A DNA stretch of 64,000 nt from Nitrososphaerota archaeon (GTDB lineage Archaea; Thermoproteota; EX4484-205; JAAOZP01), in contig JAAOZP010000004.1 of assembly GCA_011605725.1 (NCBI GenBank), forward strand, positions 128,001-192,000. The letters are read 5' to 3'. The notes under the pieces are model-generated. The model had not been told where the DNA came from, did not search any database, and worked only from the letters and a program-made list of their open reading frames with translations. A program made the position numbers and the translations under genes. Below are positions 19,561 through 28,962 of this stretch, piece by piece (the first letter of the stretch is position 1; every line of letters starts with the position of its first letter).

Positions 19561-20541
19561 ATGAAGTATGTTATAGGTATTGATGGTGGAGGAACTAAGA
19601 CTCAGGCGGCGCTTCTGAAGCTTAACGGGGAAATAGCTTCCCACGATGAAACAGGGCCCTCTAACTATCATAATGTTGGAGTGGAGCAGGCTAGAAGAAC
19701 ACTTGAAGAAGCCTGTGTGAAAGTGATTAGGAAAGCAGGTGTGGACGTGGGAAGCGTCGGGATCATCGTAGCATCACTCGCAGGGCTTGACTGCAGCCTA
19801 GATTTTAAAGCTATGCAGAACGCTTTAGAAGGGTTTCCCATAGGTAGCATAACACTCGTGCACGATTCTATGGCTGCGCTTTACGCTACCAACGCAGGCA
19901 GGGAGAGCGCAATAATAATAGCTGGAACAGGCTCTGCTACAGCCGGCATAAACAGCCGGGGAGAGTATGCTAGAGCTGGCGGATGGGGGTATATTCTTGG
20001 AGACGAGGGAAGCGGCTTCTACCTGGCTAAAAGGGGAATCGTAGCAGCACTCCTAGAATACGAGGAGAGAGGACCGAAGACCATGATAACAAGCCTCCTG
20101 CTGAAAAGGTTCAACGCTAAGACTCCTGACGAAATAATATGGCACGTGTACACGGGTGGGATGAACATTACGGAGTTCGCCAGACTGGCTCCACTCGTGA
20201 CCGAGGCCGCTATGAAAGGGGATGATGTTGCCATAAGCATTCTGCGGGATGCTGGGAGAGAGCTTGCGAACACTGTCAACGGGGTGATCAGGAGGCTTAA
20301 AATGGAGGGTGACGAGTTTCCAATAGGATTGATCGGCGGGGTCTTTAAAGCCGGCAGGCTTGTAACCGGGCCCCTGGAGGAGGCTGTGCACAAGGTTGCT
20401 CCGAAAGCCTACTTAACATATCCCAGGTTCCCGCCGGTAATAGGCTCATCCCTGATAGCGCTGGAGAAAGCAGGCGTGAAAATAAGCGACGAGATCCTTG
20501 CCAATACGCAGAGGACGTTGAGAGAGCAAGGCTTACAATAG
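19561..20541 (+). CDS. BadF/BadG-type N-acetylglucosamine / N-acetylmuramate kinase-like protein
   Basis: GIDGGGTKT, GPSN, IAGTGS and GGWGYILGDEGSG motifs. Confidence 0.85.
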   Translation: MKYVIGIDGGGTKTQAALLKLNGEIASHDETGPSNYHNVGVEQARRTLEEACVKVIRKAGVDVGSVGIIVASLAGLDCSLDFKAMQNALEGFPIGSITLVHDSMAALYATNAGRESAIIIAGTGSATAGINSRGEYARAGGWGYILGDEGSGFYLAKRGIVAALLEYEERGPKTMITSLLLKRFNAKTPDEIIWHVYTGGMNITEFARLAPLVTEAAMKGDDVAISILRDAGRELANTVNGVIRRLKMEGDEFPIGLIGGVFKAGRLVTGPLEEAVHKVAPKAYLTYPRFPPVIGSSLIALEKAGVKISDEILANTQRTLREQGLQ

Positions 20542-20548
20542 CGCGCTA
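20539..20548. repeat. GC junction motif TAGCGCGCTA
   Basis: Its TAG is the stop codon of the BadF kinase gene. Confidence 0.75.
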
Positions 20549-20589
20549 ATAAGCTGCTGTTTCGAATTCCTGATACTAGAGTGCAGCTG

Positions 20590-21471
20590 TCACACTTCTT
20601 TAAGCTTAATCTTAGCCAGGCTGGTCAGAATGTCGAACAGCGCATCGCTTATCTCGCTTACCGTCTGACACTCGAGAATATACACGTCATAGGTCTTATA
20701 GTAGTCGAAGAGAGTCCTCGCCCTGTCTGAAAGGCTTGGAACAACGAGCAGCAGCTTCTTATCAGCCTTAACATCCATAGCTTTAAGAACTATTGAGAGG
20801 GCAGACTCGTCAACAGGCTTACTGCTCACAATAATGTCTATCACCGCGTCAACAGTCTCCGACTCCTCCCTGTAGGAGACCGCTAAAGTAAAAACGTGTT
20901 CAACGCCAGACTTGCCGATTATTCTAGCAGGATAGTCAACCCTCCAGCCTTTTGCCCTAAGAGCCTCAACGAGAGGCTTAAGATCCATAACCCATTTCTC
21001 AAGCAGGCTCCTCTTGTTCTCGTTAAGCCTGTAGGAATATATTTTCTTCGGCACCCCTTCACCCTCATGGAAAGCATGCTTCTCAGCAACACAGATAAGC
21101 CTCCTGCCCAGCAGACTGCTCACGAGGCTTTCAATCACCTTAGACCTTGCCTCGGCTGAAGCTGGCTGTCCACCAGAGATCTCTATGAGGAACCTTGTGT
21201 CGCCACACTCGGGGCAGGCCAACACAGTCATAGACTCCTCTCTAACCAGTATTTCCTCCTCAGCCAGGGATTCAAGAGTCTCTACAATATTCTTAGTGGA
21301 GGAACCCATTATTTTTTCAGCATCAGGGTATGTGAACTCCCCAGCCTGGTTCAGCTCAGGCTTAAGATCGGCGAGGGCACCATCAATAAAAGCCTTAAGC
21401 AACACTTGAACATCGCTCCTATTGAGGAGTGGTGAGAACCGTCCCTCCTCGCTGGACTTTTCTTCACTCAT
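20590..21471 (-). CDS. TackOD1-like zinc-ribbon / restriction-endonuclease-like fold protein
   Basis: YP...LESLAEEEIL, CPEC, and GKSGVEHVF followed by a nuclease-like domain. Confidence 0.6.
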   Translation of the reverse strand: MSEEKSSEEGRFSPLLNRSDVQVLLKAFIDGALADLKPELNQAGEFTYPDAEKIMGSSTKNIVETLESLAEEEILVREESMTVLACPECGDTRFLIEISGGQPASAEARSKVIESLVSSLLGRRLICVAEKHAFHEGEGVPKKIYSYRLNENKRSLLEKWVMDLKPLVEALRAKGWRVDYPARIIGKSGVEHVFTLAVSYREESETVDAVIDIIVSSKPVDESALSIVLKAMDVKADKKLLLVVPSLSDRARTLFDYYKTYDVYILECQTVSEISDALFDILTSLAKIKLKEV

Positions 21472-21635
21472 GCCACGGTCTTCCTCTTCTTAAATACCTT
21501 TTTAAACAGGATAATTAAATTTTGCTATGAAGAAACATTTGGAAAAAGCCTTTTTAAGCTTGTTTTCGAGTTTAGCTCGGATTCGGCCGGAATTTGACTA
21601 AAAAGATATATTCTTAACATGCGGATGAAGCACGT

Positions 21636-22214
21636 ATGAGAGTAAAGGCTTCTAAGAAAGCCATAAGAGCATTAGGAGTGGCTGAAAGCTTCCGAAAGGA
21701 CTCGGCTAAGGCTCTACTAGCCGGAGTAGTCATGCGCAGCGACTTTATAATAGACGGTTTCGCCCTAAGCCGTACAACGATATCGGGTGATGACGCTACC
21801 GACTCAGTCATAGCTCTCTACAGTTCGCTGAACAGGAAGGACATTAACCTGATAATGATCGGGGGGACAGTCATAAGCATGTACAACATTGTTGACGTCA
21901 ACAGGGTTTTTGAGGAAACTGGGAGACCGGTTATAGCAGTAACCTACAGACCATCAGAGGGAATTGAAGACGCTATTAAGAAGCATTTCCCAAACAACTG
22001 GGAGAGAAAGCTTGAAGCCTACAGGAAGCTTGGCCCCAGGAGGGAGGTGACTTTGAAAAACGGCTTTAAAGTCTTCGTTAGAAACATTGGTATAGACGAT
22101 TATGATTCAAAACATGTTTTAAACAGGTTCACGTTCTTCGGGAGAATTCCTGAGCCGATTCGTGTTGCAAGGCTTCTGGCGAGAAGCCTTTTACCCTTGG
22201 AGACAAGACCTTAG
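21636..22214 (+). CDS. DUF99 family protein (endonuclease V-like)
   Basis: GVAESF, GDDATD, YNIVD and GRIPEPIRVA motifs. Confidence 0.85.
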   Translation: MRVKASKKAIRALGVAESFRKDSAKALLAGVVMRSDFIIDGFALSRTTISGDDATDSVIALYSSLNRKDINLIMIGGTVISMYNIVDVNRVFEETGRPVIAVTYRPSEGIEDAIKKHFPNNWERKLEAYRKLGPRREVTLKNGFKVFVRNIGIDDYDSKHVLNRFTFFGRIPEPIRVARLLARSLLPLETRP

Positions 22215-22285
22215 CATTCGCGTTGAAAAAGCTTTAAACACAGGTTTTCCAAGTCTCATAGCAGGGAGCAAAAAATATAAAACAG

Positions 22286-22633
22286 GTGTTTCTCAAAGCA
22301 ACCCTGATGATTGAAGCAGGGGCTCTCCGCGGAATAGTTGAGGGACCCAGGCTTGGAATGAAGAGCGTGAAGAAACACCAGTATCTAGCAAGGTTTGATG
22401 GGGTCACTGACAGGCGGGAGGCGGCTAGGCTCCTCTTAGGAAGAAAAGTAGTGTGTCAAGCTGGAAAAAGCAGGGTCTTCGGCAGGATTACTGGTCTACA
22501 CGGCAGAAGAGGGACGGTTAGAGTAAGGTTTAGAAAAGGGCTTCCTGAGCCTTCGAACGGTCTGCCCCTTATCCTAGTGGAGCCTAAACGCCGGCGTGAA
22601 ACCCAAGGATCCGGAGAGCCTGAAAAAAAGTAG
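22286..22633 (+). CDS. rpl35ae: 50S ribosomal protein L35Ae (true start possibly ATG at 22307)
   Basis: GRITGLHGRRGTVRVRFRKGLP signature. Confidence 0.8.
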   Translation: MFLKATLMIEAGALRGIVEGPRLGMKSVKKHQYLARFDGVTDRREAARLLLGRKVVCQAGKSRVFGRITGLHGRRGTVRVRFRKGLPEPSNGLPLILVEPKRRRETQGSGEPEKK

Positions 22634-22682
22634 GGCTTCAAACGGGGCTGAATATTTTTCCAAGCATGCGGGAAACTTAGGC

Positions 22683-23351
22683 TTATGAAACTCTTCTTAA
22701 CGGGACTGTTAGGCTTAGCAAGCCGTTTACCGCGGAAACGTAGAACTCTGGGTCAACCTCTGAGACAAGGTCTCCTGCAACATCAATAACGTAAACCGTG
22801 TGAAGCCTGGAGTTCTTTATCTCCTCAAGACTGACTGGCGGATTCTTATAGTAAAGGTCGCAAAGGCTCTTTACCTCATGGATTTCCCCGCTCCCCCTAA
22901 ACCTCGGAGGCTTTGCGAGACACAGGGGTATTTGAAGAACGTAGTAGGGAGGGACCCCTAGGCCAAACTTGTCGACTAGAACACTGTACCTGGTTATTTT
23001 GCTGGCAACCCTAGCCCTGCAGTAGAGCTCAGGGTCTAAAGCGTTTTCAGGAGGCACGTATCCTGTTTCAACCTCAACAGCCAGAGTCCCGTCGCCCCTG
23101 GCAGCGTAAACATCGCAGACAAGCCCTCCTCCAAGGTCGTGTTCAACATCCACATCGTAGCCTTTCAGCATAAGGTGTTTAGCGCAGACAAGCTCCATCA
23201 CGGAATGGTTTATCTTGACAAGCCCCTTCCTGCTGAGCTCGACAAGCTTGTTCTTCAGGCTTTCAAGCCCATACTTAACATCCTGGTTTACGTTCCTCCC
23301 AATCCTGCTGATAAGGGTTTCAACGTCTTCTTCAAACTTGTTTCCAGGCAA
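22683..23351 (-). CDS. conserved archaeal hypothetical protein, PD-(D/E)XK-like
   Basis: KINHSVME, DVY...VEVETG and RVASKITRYS. Confidence 0.7.
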   Translation of the reverse strand: MPGNKFEEDVETLISRIGRNVNQDVKYGLESLKNKLVELSRKGLVKINHSVMELVCAKHLMLKGYDVDVEHDLGGGLVCDVYAARGDGTLAVEVETGYVPPENALDPELYCRARVASKITRYSVLVDKFGLGVPPYYVLQIPLCLAKPPRFRGSGEIHEVKSLCDLYYKNPPVSLEEIKNSRLHTVYVIDVAGDLVSEVDPEFYVSAVNGLLSLTVPLRRVS

Positions 23352-23474
23352 CTTCTTTTAAACCTGTTTTCAACGGCTTTTAAAAATATTCAGCGCGAAA
23401 ATCAAGATTTTTAGAGCAGTAACTACAGAAGAACTTGCGAAACCCTTTTCAATTTTCGAGAAACCATATGTTTT

Positions 23475-23645
23475 AAGCCCGGCGCGGGAAGTAGGCTTGG
23501 GCGGGAAACGGCTGCAAAAGCCGGTTCCAGCAGCAGCCCCACCGGTTGCTGGGAGACAACATCAAACAGCAGCTTGGTGGAAGACTGCAGCTGGGAAAGG
23601 TGGAGCAGCCGTAGCTCGTTCAGGCTTAGACCCGGAGCCGGGCTT
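23475..23645 (+). ncRNA. unassigned GC-rich rod-like structured RNA candidate (about 171 nt)
   Basis: Nested stems AAGCCCGGC/GCCGGGCTT, CGGG/CCCG, TAGGCT/GGCTTA, TGGGCGGG/CTCGTTCA, CGGCTGC/GCAGCCG, TTCCAGC/GCTGGGA, CCACC/GGTGG and GGTTGCTG/CAGCAGCT; G-U pairs work on the + strand; T-tract follows at 23647-23652. Confidence 0.65.
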
Positions 23646-23665
23646 CTTTTTTATGCGGGAACGTT

Positions 23666-23707
23666 TTAAAAAGGCGATATTCCCTTAGGCAGACTAATCA
23701 TCTCGTC
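23666..23707 (-). pseudogene. remnant 3' end of a second flxA-like gene
   Basis: Translates DEMISLPKGISPF*, against SEMLELPRGISPF* at the end of the intact gene at 24007; cut off at the GC motif at 23707-23715. Confidence 0.75.
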
Positions 23708-23715
23708 GCGCGCTA
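23707..23715. repeat. GC junction motif CGCGCGCTA
   Basis: Joins the flxA remnant to a start-less fragment. Confidence 0.8.
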
Positions 23716-23930
23716 GGAGGGTTAGCGAAAAACATAGCTTAGAAGTCGAGTTCAGAATAGATACTGAATCGGGTTTCTTCATAACCTTCGACTCAACCGG
23801 GATGGGCGACGAGCAGTTAATCAACAAGGTCATGAAAAGAATTGATGCAATCGCTGAGGCAAGAAGGATGTTTCTAAGCGAGTGGATGATGAACAGGTTC
23901 CTAAAGGGTAAAGGAATAGAGGTTAAGTAA
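23715..23930 (+). pseudogene. start-less 3' gene fragment, unknown family
   Basis: 72-codon open frame (RRVSEKHSLEVEFRID...KGKGIEVK*) beginning at the GC motif, with no upstream start codon. Confidence 0.5.
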
Positions 23931-24006
23931 GAAGCGCGAAGCTCCGCTAAAAAACAAATCCTAGCCACAGGTTTCCGTCGGGAATACTGAGAGACCATGC
24001 GCTTTA

Positions 24007-24828
24007 TCAGAATGGAGAGATGCCTCTGGGCAGTTCCAACATTTCGCTATATTTGAAAACCGGACCGTCTAGACAGATGTGCTTCCTTCCGAAGTGGCAG
24101 TGTCCACATTTACCCACTCCACACTTCATTTTGCTCTCTAGAGAGGCGTAAATATTCTCCTTAGAGTATCCTAGTTCAACGAGTTTTTTCAAGACGAACC
24201 GTATCATCACCGGCGGACCGCATGTGCAGACTACCGTATCAGCCCTATTAAGCTTAGGCTTATCTAGGATTGTTGTCACAACGCCGACGTTACCTTTCCA
24301 GTCTCCCTCGCCCACGTCGACGGTTAGATGGAGGTCAACCCCACGCCTAATCCATTCTTCAAACTCGTCTCTATACATGAGGAGCGATGGAGACCTAGCT
24401 CCGTAGCAAACAGCGATCTCCCCATAATTATTCTTGTTTTCAAGAAGGTGGAGGATTAACGACCTAAGAGGCGCGAGCCCTATGCCTCCTCCTACCAATA
24501 GGATGCTCCTCCCCTCCATCTCTTTAACCGGCCAACCTCTCCCGTAGGGGCCCCTTACACCAATTTCCTCACCCTCCGAAGCCTCGTGTATAGCGCTTGT
24601 AACACTGCCCATCCTCCTGATGCTGAACTGTAAACGATCCTTGTCGAAAGGAGACGAGCATATGGAGAACGGGGCTTCGCCAACCCCGTAGACGGTGAGC
24701 ATTGCGAACTGGCCTGGCGCAAAGCTTTCGAAAAGGTTTGGGCTCAGCGTAAACGTTTTAGTATCGGGAGTCTCATCTTTAATCCTGATTATCCTAACAG
24801 GCTTAGGAGCATACGGGTTTAACCCCAT
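24007..24828 (-). CDS. FlxA/AsrB-like FAD/NAD(P)-binding oxidoreductase (ATG start at 24828)
   Basis: PGQF, GEAPFSI, RGPYGRG, GGGIGLAP, CGPPVM and CGVGKCGHC...C motifs. Confidence 0.9.
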   Translation of the reverse strand: MGLNPYAPKPVRIIRIKDETPDTKTFTLSPNLFESFAPGQFAMLTVYGVGEAPFSICSSPFDKDRLQFSIRRMGSVTSAIHEASEGEEIGVRGPYGRGWPVKEMEGRSILLVGGGIGLAPLRSLILHLLENKNNYGEIAVCYGARSPSLLMYRDEFEEWIRRGVDLHLTVDVGEGDWKGNVGVVTTILDKPKLNRADTVVCTCGPPVMIRFVLKKLVELGYSKENIYASLESKMKCGVGKCGHCHFGRKHICLDGPVFKYSEMLELPRGISPF

Positions 24829-25826
24829 CGTTTTAAAACCTCCCTTATGTCTACGCCGGCTGGGCAGAGAGAGACGCATCTACCGCACCCGACGCAGCCG
24901 TAAGCGTTGAAAGCCATCGGAATCCTGCTGAGCTTATGGCAGAACCTGTGGCAAAACCTGTCGACCTTACTCGGCCTAGGGTCTAGGCCGCTCGCCATTC
25001 TTGTGAAAACTGGTGAGGCGCAAGTGTCCCACCCTTTCGCCCTCACGTAAACATTCTTCTCCAGATGATCCTCAGTGTCGAAACAGTAGCAGACTGGGCA
25101 GGCGAAAGAGCAGAGGCTGCACTCCACGCATTTCTGAGCCTCATTCTGGAAAAACTTTTCGTCAAGCGTTTCCTCAAGCCTAACCAAGCGTTCCCTCGCT
25201 ATTTCAATCCTGCTGCTCATCTCCTTCGTCAACCTGCGAGACAGTTCCTCATACTTCTCCAAATGTTGAGCACCAGCTTCTTCAAAGAGGCTTGCGAAAC
25301 CGTCTATGAGAATTTGACCCCTCCCGCTTCTAACCTCCACCAGAAGCCCCCCTGTTATCCGCGTAAGAGTAATGTCTTCACCCGAGCCTCTTACGGGACC
25401 TGTTTCGAAAACATTGCAGAAACATTCCTCCCTAGGCTTGGCGCATGAGAGGCTTATAACGGTAATGCTTCTCCTCCTGGACTCGTAAAGAGGATCCGGG
25501 TTCGGAGGCTTTAGCAGAATATTATCCAATACGCTTAGGGCTGACGCGTCGCAAGGCCTAACACCCAAGAGAACAGCTTCTGAGCCCAATGCAGGCTCGT
25601 GCAGAACCCCTGTCTTAGGATCATGCTTGAAAACTATCTCACGCTGAGGGAGGAAGAAACGTTTTGGAGGAAGCCTAGTGTTAGAATAGTCTAGAAAGGC
25701 TTCTCCAGCATGCTTAATAGTTTTAAAGTCGAAGTAGCCGTTCGCCTCAACGGGTGCAATAACGTTTCTGCTTGAAACAAGCCCGTTCAAGAGACGTTTG
25801 AAGCCGTCTTCACTTAGAAACAGCAT
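24819..25826 (-). CDS. FlxB/AsrA-like 4Fe-4S dicluster protein
   Basis: GVRPCD, CVECSLCSFACPVCYC and CVGCGRCVSLCP. Confidence 0.88.
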   Translation of the reverse strand: MLFLSEDGFKRLLNGLVSSRNVIAPVEANGYFDFKTIKHAGEAFLDYSNTRLPPKRFFLPQREIVFKHDPKTGVLHEPALGSEAVLLGVRPCDASALSVLDNILLKPPNPDPLYESRRRSITVISLSCAKPREECFCNVFETGPVRGSGEDITLTRITGGLLVEVRSGRGQILIDGFASLFEEAGAQHLEKYEELSRRLTKEMSSRIEIARERLVRLEETLDEKFFQNEAQKCVECSLCSFACPVCYCFDTEDHLEKNVYVRAKGWDTCASPVFTRMASGLDPRPSKVDRFCHRFCHKLSRIPMAFNAYGCVGCGRCVSLCPAGVDIREVLKRWG

Positions 25827-25831
25827 GCGGC

Positions 25832-26656
25832 TCAGTCTTCCACACCCTCCTTAAAGACGAGCGGCGGAGGAGCCTCTTTAACGCTCACACCTGGAACATA
25901 ACCATAGTTCTCCCTGAACCATTCGTTAAGCTCGTGGTAGAGCCTGGTTAACGGGATTTCAACTGGGCAGGCTGATTCGCAAGCACCGCATTCGACGCAA
26001 CGACCAGCCATGTGGAGAGCCCGGGTAAGATGGAAAGTGAAAAGCTCCTGTGGAACCCTAAGCCTGTGAACCAGATCCGGTTTAAACCCTTCTATGGAGC
26101 ACTCCGTACAGTAGCAAAGGGGACATGCTTTAATGCACGACATGCATTTCAAGCATTTTCTGAAAAGGCTCAGCCAGTCTAAAGCATCCTTCCCGTTAAC
26201 CGGGTTTTCAACAAGGTGAGCCTGCCCGTCTTGCTTCACAATATAGTCTGCAACCGGTGAAACCCGTGAAACGCATCTTCTACAGTAGTCCGCCAGCCTC
26301 CTATCGGCGCTGTTCGAGCCATACTTGTAAGGTTTTAAAACACCGGTGCACTCCACAGCTATCACTACGATACTTCCCTTATCAACCTGGTTCTCCTTAA
26401 TCAGCTCCACGATGGATCTTCCATCGCAACCCTTAGCAACAATCCCAATCCTCAACCCTCTGAGGCCCCTTAAGTATCTCGCAAGGTTAAACCAGCATTC
26501 AGCGTTCCACACGAGCTTCCCAGCCTCCTCCGGTTTTGAAACAAAGCATGGCCTAACGCTCCCCCCGTGATATTCGTAGCCTACTATAAGCTCAACCTCC
26601 TTCCTATCCAAAAGTCTCCTAGCTATGCTTCTCAGCTCCTCCTCAGCCCTGCTCAA
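25832..26656 (-). CDS. FlxC-like 4Fe-4S protein
   Basis: KGCDGRS, CLKCMSCIKACPLCYC and HMAGRCVECGACESACP. Confidence 0.85.
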   Translation of the reverse strand: MSRAEEELRSIARRLLDRKEVELIVGYEYHGGSVRPCFVSKPEEAGKLVWNAECWFNLARYLRGLRGLRIGIVAKGCDGRSIVELIKENQVDKGSIVVIAVECTGVLKPYKYGSNSADRRLADYCRRCVSRVSPVADYIVKQDGQAHLVENPVNGKDALDWLSLFRKCLKCMSCIKACPLCYCTECSIEGFKPDLVHRLRVPQELFTFHLTRALHMAGRCVECGACESACPVEIPLTRLYHELNEWFRENYGYVPGVSVKEAPPPLVFKEGVED

Positions 26657-27065
26657 CCATTCTCCCCCCTATGTTTAATGGTCCGAGCCTCTCAACTTCC
26701 CCGAGTATTCTTGAAACCTCTGCGGAGAACAAGCCTCCCTCGTTAGACGAGATCCAGAGTATTCTCAGCCTATCTTCCTCAACCCCGACTGTTTTCAAAA
26801 GCCTACGGAGAAGACTTACCCTAGCCTCAGTAACCCTGCTTGGTGAAACTCTTCTAAGCTCACTAGGCTTGCATGCCGTGACCAAGACAGCGTCAGCACC
26901 CTTTTCGAAAGCCTTAACGATCAGGCTTAGGTTTATGATTGCGGAGCAAGGAACCCTGACTGTTAACACGTTATGAGGATACGTGAAGCCTTCGAAACCG
27001 GCTTGGTCGACACCGGAGCTGGAACACCAGCATGTAAACACTATTACTCTAGGCTTCCACGTCAA
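26643..27065 (-). CDS. MvhD/FlxD-like iron-sulfur subunit (probable TTG start at 27065)
   Basis: VFTCWCS, RVPCS, GADAVLV and RLRILWISSNEG. Confidence 0.8.
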   Translation of the reverse strand: MTWKPRVIVFTCWCSSSGVDQAGFEGFTYPHNVLTVRVPCSAIINLSLIVKAFEKGADAVLVTACKPSELRRVSPSRVTEARVSLLRRLLKTVGVEEDRLRILWISSNEGGLFSAEVSRILGEVERLGPLNIGGRMVEQG

Positions 27066-27069
27066 CCCC

Positions 27070-28962
27070 CTAGTCCTCCAGCATTGCGGAAACCATTGGG
27101 GCAAGCTGCTTCAGACCCCAGTTGCCGAGGATAATCGCTTCCTGAGGACACGCCGCCAAGCATGCTCCACACCCGTTGCAAACACTCTCGAGAACCCTGA
27201 CTTTATCTCCCTCTCTAACTATGGCACCGTACTCGCACGACGTTAAGCATCTTCCGCAGCCGGTACACTTCTCCAAGACCCTGGCGTAATCCGGAAGCCT
27301 AAGGCTGCCCCTCCTGAAGAGACCTGTAACAAGCGCAGCTGCACCACTCCCCTCCACAGCGCTTTCAACAATATCCTTTGGACCGTGACACGTGCCTGCG
27401 ACAAATATTCCCCTAACCCTTGTTTCAAGCGGCTTCATCTTAGCATGAGACTCCTCGATGAAACCGTTCTTGTCAACAGTGACGCCCAGTCTCTCAGCGA
27501 GTTCAAGCATTCTCCTGGAAGGCTTAAAGCCGAGTGCTAGGACAACCATGTCCACCTCCAGCTCACCCCTAACACCTGTTAAAGTATCCTCGTAGACTAT
27601 CAGAAGATTCCCGTTTCCAGCCCTCCTTATCTCAGACGGCCTCGACCTTATGAAGACAACACCATCCTCCAGACACCTCCTGTAGAGAAGATCCTCCCAG
27701 CCTTTCCCGAATGCTCTAAGCTCGTTGTAGAATATGAAGACCTTGGCCTCCTTGTCGTGCTCAAGGATCAGCCTAGCCTCCTTCATGCTTGCAGCGCAAC
27801 AGTAGTATGAGCATTCCTCTATCCCGGCTCCGGACTCCCTAGACCCGACGCACTGTATGAAAGCCACCTTTTTAACAGGCTTCCCATCCCTCTTAAGGAG
27901 GATTCCCCCGGTTGGGCCTGAGGCACATATTATTCTCTCAAACTCCATGTTCGTTATAACGTTCTCATACTCCCCGTAGTGATACTCGGGTTTAAGACGA
28001 GGGTTGAAAAGGTCTGAGCCGACTGCGACAACTATGGCTCCAACGTTCAGCTCAACACTCTTAGGCTTATCCTCAAGGTTTATCGCAGCCCTTGTGCAAG
28101 CCTTCATGCATAGCCCGCATTCAACACAGTAGTCCCTGTTTATCACGTATTTCAAGGGTACGGCTTGCGCGAACGGACAGTATATCGCTTTAACAGGCTT
28201 AAGGTCAGCGTCATACTTGTTAGGCTGGTAGACGGGACACACGTTAACACACTCCCCGCAGCCGTTACACTTATCCGGGTCAACATACGTAGGGTTAACC
28301 CTGACCCTAACCTTGAAGTCGCCAACCTTACCCTTTACCTCAACAACCTCAGCGTTAGGAATAATAGTGATATTCTTATTCCTGCCCGCTTCCGAGAGAA
28401 GCGGCCCCTCCACGCAGATCGAACAATCTAAAGTTGGAAACGTCTTATCCAGCTGAGCCATCACGCCACCTATGCTGGGCTCCTTCTCAACAATGTATAC
28501 ACGGTAGCCGGCGTCAGCAATGTCTAGAGCACACCTGACCCCTGCTATTCCTCCCCCTATGACGAGCGCCTCCTTAACAATCTTCAAACCCTCCGTGCTA
28601 ATAGGCTCAACGTGCAGAGCCTTCTGAACAGCCCCCTTCACAAGGCGGATTGCTTTCCAAGTTGCTTCCTCCCTGCTTCCACAAGCCCAGGCGCAATGCT
28701 CCCTTATGTTTACGAACTCCACGAGGCCCATGGAGCCTTTGAAAACAGCTTCAAGAAGCCTGTTTGAGCATGCTGCGACGACAATCCTACCGTCAGCCTC
28801 CAGGCTAAGACTTTCATAAACATTCTTCTCGCAGAGAGCATCTGAAACCAGAACCCTGCGCACCAGAGGATTATCTGAAAAAACGTTTCTAAGCTTTTCG
28901 AAATCCATTTTCTCCAGCAGGGTCGAGTAGCAGGTGCATAGCACGAGTGTCACACGTCTCAA
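27070..28962 (-). CDS. hdrA: heterodisulfide reductase subunit A
   Basis: NIREHC, IGGGIAG, DKTFPTLDCSIC, FIQCVGSR and several ferredoxin motifs. Confidence 0.92.
   Translation of the reverse strand: MRRVTLVLCTCYSTLLEKMDFEKLRNVFSDNPLVRRVLVSDALCEKNVYESLSLEADGRIVVAACSNRLLEAVFKGSMGLVEFVNIREHCAWACGSREEATWKAIRLVKGAVQKALHVEPISTEGLKIVKEALVIGGGIAGVRCALDIADAGYRVYIVEKEPSIGGVMAQLDKTFPTLDCSICVEGPLLSEAGRNKNITIIPNAEVVEVKGKVGDFKVRVRVNPTYVDPDKCNGCGECVNVCPVYQPNKYDADLKPVKAIYCPFAQAVPLKYVINRDYCVECGLCMKACTRAAINLEDKPKSVELNVGAIVVAVGSDLFNPRLKPEYHYGEYENVITNMEFERIICASGPTGGILLKRDGKPVKKVAFIQCVGSRESGAGIEECSYYCCAASMKEARLILEHDKEAKVFIFYNELRAFGKGWEDLLYRRCLEDGVVFIRSRPSEIRRAGNGNLLIVYEDTLTGVRGELEVDMVVLALGFKPSRRMLELAERLGVTVDKNGFIEESHAKMKPLETRVRGIFVAGTCHGPKDIVESAVEGSGAAALVTGLFRRGSLRLPDYARVLEKCTGCGRCLTSCEYGAIVREGDKVRVLESVCNGCGACLAACPQEAIILGNWGLKQLAPMVSAMLED

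Noticed and set aside
23475-23645. Cobalamin riboswitch, SRP RNA or RNase P RNA identity for the structured element
   Set aside because: GGGAA..TGCAAA and GGGAAAGG give only a superficial riboswitch resemblance. There is no B12 box, no downstream same-strand gene, no SRP helix-8 motif and no RNase P CR-I/CR-V.
23497-23688. 63-aa Ala/Gly-rich ORF
   Set aside because: It overlaps the strongly self-complementary RNA-like element, and its composition is explained by that structure.
23666-23998. 110-aa minus-strand ORF ending ...LPKGISPF
   Set aside because: It is a chimera: only the last 13 residues are a real gene remnant, and the rest is antisense to a plus-strand fragment.
26643-28962. Selenocysteine recoding in HdrA or MvhD
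   Set aside because: There is no in-frame TGA at the cysteine positions.
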